From the NCBI RefSeq assembly GCF_001194135.2, contig NC_068981.1, positions 125,735,916 to 125,774,672 on the forward strand: a DNA stretch of 38,757 bases, read 5' to 3'. Of the stretch, positions 34,255 through 38,757 are shown piece by piece; position 1 is the first letter of the stretch; the number at the start of each line of letters is the position of its first letter. The notes below the pieces were generated by a model, which saw nothing but the letters and a program-made list of their open reading frames with translations, searched no databases and had not been told where the DNA came from. The DNA comes from Octopus bimaculoides. Lineage: Eukaryota. Position numbers and translations under genes: made by a program.

Positions 34255-35176
34255 AAATATATATTTGTGAGTGTATATGTATTGTGTGCTGGATGCTCTT
34301 TATGTGGCACTGGCACAGATGCTTTTTATGTAGTACCAGCATGGGTGCTTTTTACGTGGTCTATGTATATATGCAAAATTGTTATATTATATATCCTGTC
34401 ACTATAACCATTTCTAACAAGCCCTGTGTTGTCGTATATAGAATTGTTCATCAGATTTGCTTATGGGCAGAAACTGAGATAATGAAAGTGAAGTATTTAA
34501 AAAAAAATGTTCTTAGTGCTATTTGTTGTTGGATAATTCTTTTGATATATTTATGAATTTTATTATTTTTATGGTTGTTATTACGTAGAGAATCCGATTA
34601 CACTAGTACATGAATACTACTATATTTTATTTTCTGAATAGTAAATTCTATATTTATGATAAATACAATGAAACTTATAGTTACATAAATAGTCTGAAAA
34701 CTGAAAAATATCCTTGATAAATTAACTTGTAATACTTCCCTTATGTTATTGAAAACTTCCTCTAATGAGGAAATCTTTAGTGGCTGTTCAATCTATTATA
34801 ATGTGGTTTCAAGTAGAAGGCTACTGGCAGGTTTTTGTTGCATGCAAATTGTGATTTGTACTGGAAATAATTAAGGGAAAGACACATCTGCTGGTTTATC
34901 TTTTGTTATAAATTGAAAGTTGCCACTCCTTTTGTTGAAATATTCTTTATTCTTAGTAAAAAAACTACCCACCTTTCCAGCCAAAGCATGACATTGTCTT
35001 TAACAAAAAACACTAAAACTATCATATTACATCACACTGGATCTTGTCCAAAATATAGCTTCAACTATATGATGATAATTTTAAAATCAAAGTAAAGATA
35101 GTACAACACGTATTACAATTGCACAAATTTGAGTGAGGGCCTTCTGAGTGTCTCACTGTGACCATTGTGACCATAA

Positions 35177-35550
35177 TGTAATGTAATGTTGCCACTCCGT
35201 CGCTTACGACGTCGAGGGTTCCAGTTGATCCGATCAATGGAACAGCCTGCTCGTGAAATTAGCGTGCAAGTGGCTGAGCACTCCACAGACATGTGTACTC
35301 TTAACGTAGTTCTTGGGGATATTCAGCGTGACACAGTGTGACAAGGCTGACCCTTTGAATTACAGGCACAACAGAAACAGGAAGTAAGAGTGAGAGAAAG
35401 TTGTGGTGAAAGAGTGCAGCAGGGTTCGCCACCATCCCCTGCTGGAGCCTTGTGGAGCTTTAGGTGTTTTCGCTCAATAAACACTCACAACGCCTGGTCT
35501 GGGAATCGAAACTGCGAGTCCGCTGCCCTAACCACTGGGCCATTGCACCT
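35177..35550 (-). mobile_element. tRNA-derived SINE family D with target-site duplication
   Basis: Head GGAGGTGCAATGGCCCAGTGGTTAGG with B-box GTTTCGATTCCC; (CATTA)n tail; CCATTGTGACCATAA at 35162-35176 and 35551-35565. Confidence 0.9.
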
Positions 35551-35598
35551 CCATTGTGACCATAAAAGCACAGTCAATATACTTAATAACAAAGAAAT

Positions 35599-35640
<42 letters not shown>

Positions 35641-36197
35641 CTTTTGACAACTTGATGCAAGAAATCCAGTTTCTTTTGTAACTTTTATTGGAAATTTTTA
35701 AATATCACACTTGTTAAACTTGAATACAACATGCTAAAAACATTCAGCTATATACTGGAAATAGAATCTCCTGCAACTTATGTATGTCTGAAGTACTTGA
35801 AGCTTTTTTTTCTTCAAGGTCTAATTGCTAATTAAAATATCTGACTGAATCATTTCATGCAACTTCAAAATTCTTAAAACAAATTTGTAATTCAGTCTAG
35901 GTAACTTTGGTTGTGTTCTGTGACTCCCTTGATTGTTTTTTCCTTTACTATTTTAATTAGATATGTGTGTACATGTCTGTAGGTATTTATATGTGTGTTT
36001 GTATATGTATATATATGCAATTCAGCATATAGTTTAGTTATTGCAGTTTATTATTAATACTGATACAATGTACATTCGTTTAAATGTCTCTTGTTGTAGT
36101 TTTAGTAAGGTTAGTGTTTAATTCTGCCTGTATGTTGATTGATTGAAATAATTTGGTTATTCAGCTTTACTTTTATATTACACTACAGAAGATGGTA

Positions 36198-36445
36198 AGG
36201 TGGTGAGCTGGCAGAAACTTTAGCACGCTGGGCGAAATGCTTAACAGTATTTTGTCTGCCGTTATGTTCTGAGTTCAAATTCCGCCGAGGTCGACTTAGC
36301 CTTTCATCCTTTCAGGGTCGATTAAATAAGTACCAGTTATGCACTGGGGTCGATGTAATCGACTTAATCCCTTTGTCTGTCCTTGTTTGTCCCCTCTATG
36401 TTTAGTCCCCTCTATGTTTAGTCCCCTGTGGGCAATAAAGAAATA
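36198..36445 (+). mobile_element. Family B-type SINE, young, with target-site duplication
   Basis: CpG-rich core GAGGTCGACTTAGCCTTTCATCCTTTCAGGGTCGAT; AGAAGATGGTA at 36187-36197 and 36446-36456; internal 16-bp tandem duplication at 36389-36420. Confidence 0.92.
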
Positions 36446-36894
36446 AGAAGATGGTAGGGAGTATAATTTTTATGACTTAATAGAGTTATTGCTGTTAAGT
36501 TACATATTTAGGAGGGGTTGTAATTTATTTATCGATACGGTTGTACATTGGATAAATGTGTTTGAAAGTTGTGGTTTCTTTGATTTATTTGTTCCCAAAC
36601 AACACTTATTTTAGTGCTGTTGACACTGCCGGATTGAATAGTGCTGCCAAAGTGTCAAAACCATAATGAAATCTGTGGGACAGCTGATGATGGAGGTATG
36701 TTGGATTGTTGGTATGGCTGTTTTTATATATGTGGATAAGTATTATTGGATTGTTGGTATGGCTGAGGAATAGTATTATAACACATACTTTTGATATATT
36801 TTCTATATAGATTGATGTGCTTTATATGTGTGTGTGTTTGTGTGCATGTGTGTGTGTGCGCATGTGTGTATATGTGTATTTATTCATTTTAATG

Positions 36895-37085
36895 TCCACT
36901 TTTGCATTCTTGCAAATCTTGAAGTAGATTTTTCTGTAGCTGGATGCCTTTCCTGTGGCCAACACTCACTTGTTTCTAAGTAAGGTAATTTTTTCCCCAT
37001 AATCAGACATGTTTTCACAGAATACTGGAAATGAATGACATTCACTGACAACATTATGCAGTGTCAAAACAGAGATACAAACATA
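36895..37085 (-). mobile_element. RTE-associated SINE-like element related to family C at its 3' end
   Basis: CTGTAGCTGGATGCCTTTCCTGTGGCCAAC is the reverse complement of the GGAAGGGCATCCAGC-type motif. Confidence 0.6.
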
Positions 37086-37111
37086 TGCACACTCACATAC
37101 ATACCTACATG

Positions 37112-37149
<38 letters not shown>

Positions 37150-37199
37150 TCAGTTACAATAAATGTTCCAATTGATTTGAGTAACTGAATAGCATTCTT

Positions 37200-37390
37200 A
37201 TGTAATATGCAAGTTGCTGAGCACGCCATGGACACAGATACCCTCAAAGTAGTTCTCAGGGAGATTCTGTGTGACCCAGAATGTGACAAGGCTAGCCCTT
37301 TGAATTACAGGCGCAACTCACTTTTGCCAGCTGAGTAGACTGGAGCAATGTGTAATAAAATATCTTGCTCAAGGAACAACACACTACTAA
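37200..37390 (-). mobile_element. SINE with CORE-like middle and a 3' domain shared with family D
   Basis: 37205-37315 matches 35262-35370; 37320-37385 reverse complement gives CCTTGAGCAAGATA..TTGCTCCAGTCTACTCAGCTG. Confidence 0.65.
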
Positions 37391-37859
37391 GAACCAAACT
37401 CCTTACTACTGTGAGCTATGTGCCTTCATAATATACATATATATGTATACATGCACACACATATGTATATATGTATAATACATACACACACATACACACA
37501 CAAAATTTGGGGGTTTAGTTCACAGGTGATCTAAATGACTAGGTATGCTAGGTAGGTGCTGTAATGGATTACTAGGGCTCCAAGGTTATAGCCAAGATGT
37601 ATACATTTATGTATACATATATATTTGTACATATATGTCATGTATACATTTATTTATTTATTTATGGGTTTCAGCCAAGTGGCTGCGGTCATGCTGGAGC
37701 ACCACCGTGATTTTCTGTCTTTACGCTTTGCTCTCTTCATGTTCCTTGCATGGCTCTTCTCCCCCACCTGATATGGTCCAATCAAGAGTTTTGATGGCAC
37801 ATCTGGTGTATAAGAGAATTTGACATCGCTGCCCTAAACTGCGTCTCATTACAAGCCAT

Positions 37860-37911
<52 letters not shown>

Positions 37912-37914
<3 letters not shown>

Positions 37915-38023
37915 TTTTATTCCTTTATCCTTTTACTGATTTCAGTTATTTGACTGCAGCCAGGGAGGTAGACACACCAACATCAGTTGTCAAGTTATGG
38001 TGGGGGACGAACACAGACACACA

Positions 38024-38066
<43 letters not shown>

Positions 38067-38226
38067 GACAGGTTTCTTTCAGTTTCCATCTACAAAATCC
38101 ACTCAAAAGGCTTTGGTCAGCCTGAGGCTATAGTAGAAAACACTTGCCCAAGGTACCACACAGTGGGGCTGAACCCGGAACCATGTGGTTGGGAAGCAAG
38201 CTTCTTACCACATAGCCACGCCTACA
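37912..38226 (-). mobile_element. SINE family A with internal deletion and internal (TA)n
   Basis: Head, CORE-like CCTTGGGCAAGTG and tail all present in reverse. Confidence 0.9.
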
Positions 38227-38229
38227 CAT

Positions 38230-38384
38230 ATACATATATGTAATATATGCATATATATGATGGAAGCATATATAAAGTATTCATATGGATACATATATAT
38301 ATGTATACTTATATATATATGTATACATATGTATATACATATATATATGTGTATGTGTGTATATATATACATATACACATGCAT

Positions 38385-38435
<51 letters not shown>
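38230..38435. repeat. (TA)/(TATG)/(CA)n microsatellite
   Basis: Direct reading; a further TA/TG array runs from 38625 to the end. Confidence 0.95.
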
Positions 38436-38440
<5 letters not shown>

Positions 38441-38678
38441 AACTCTTTAACAAGTTTCAGCTCAAAAATTGCAGCTATGCTAAGGTACCAGTGTTGACTT
38501 TGCTACACCTTCACCAGTTGAAACCTCCTCTGATAAGTGGAATTTGGTGAATAAGGGAGTTTGATGCTGCCTCCTTCACCCTCATTTCTTGCAGTGAGTT
38601 AGGCTCATCCAGAATCCTTAACATATGTGCATGCATGTGTATATATGTGTGTGTGTATGTATGTATATATGTATATAA

Positions 38679-38734
<56 letters not shown>

Positions 38735-38757
38735 GTATATGTATATATATATATGTC

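Noticed and set aside
35500-35550. tRNA-like A/B boxes here and at 1009, 36198 and 38200
   Set aside because: These are SINE heads without a complete cloverleaf, so not tRNA genes.
1607-36770. Other CTGANGA words (e.g. 1607, 7739, 10863, 11166, 11732, 28878, 31786, 36684)
   Set aside because: None has a downstream GAAA..UH with pairing stems.

Overview
AT-rich, microsatellite-dense animal genomic DNA with three N-gaps (16482-17056, 30487-30586, 31272-31765). I could not support any host protein-coding exon. The SINE, MITE and microsatellite repertoire resembles that of Octopus (recognised from memory, not by database search). The window is an intergenic or deep-intronic graveyard of mobile elements. 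It contains several CR1-like and RTE LINE fragments, a decayed Penelope-like element (RT plus GIY-YIG), two convergent R4/Dong-clade retrotransposon remnants, a full-length decayed mariner with TIRs and TA duplication, Tc1/mariner- and TTAA-type MITEs, and about 25 SINE copies of at least four families. The most interesting signals are RNA-structural. There is an apparently intact minimal type I hammerhead ribozyme at 20715-20801 (+), two degenerate hammerhead copies in inverted orientation beside the Penelope remnants (12465-12510 + and 13074-13117 -), and two long near-perfect foldbacks (24820-25124 and 33131-33644). Boundaries of degraded elements are approximate. Most long ORFs in the supplied track are microsatellite or N-gap artefacts.
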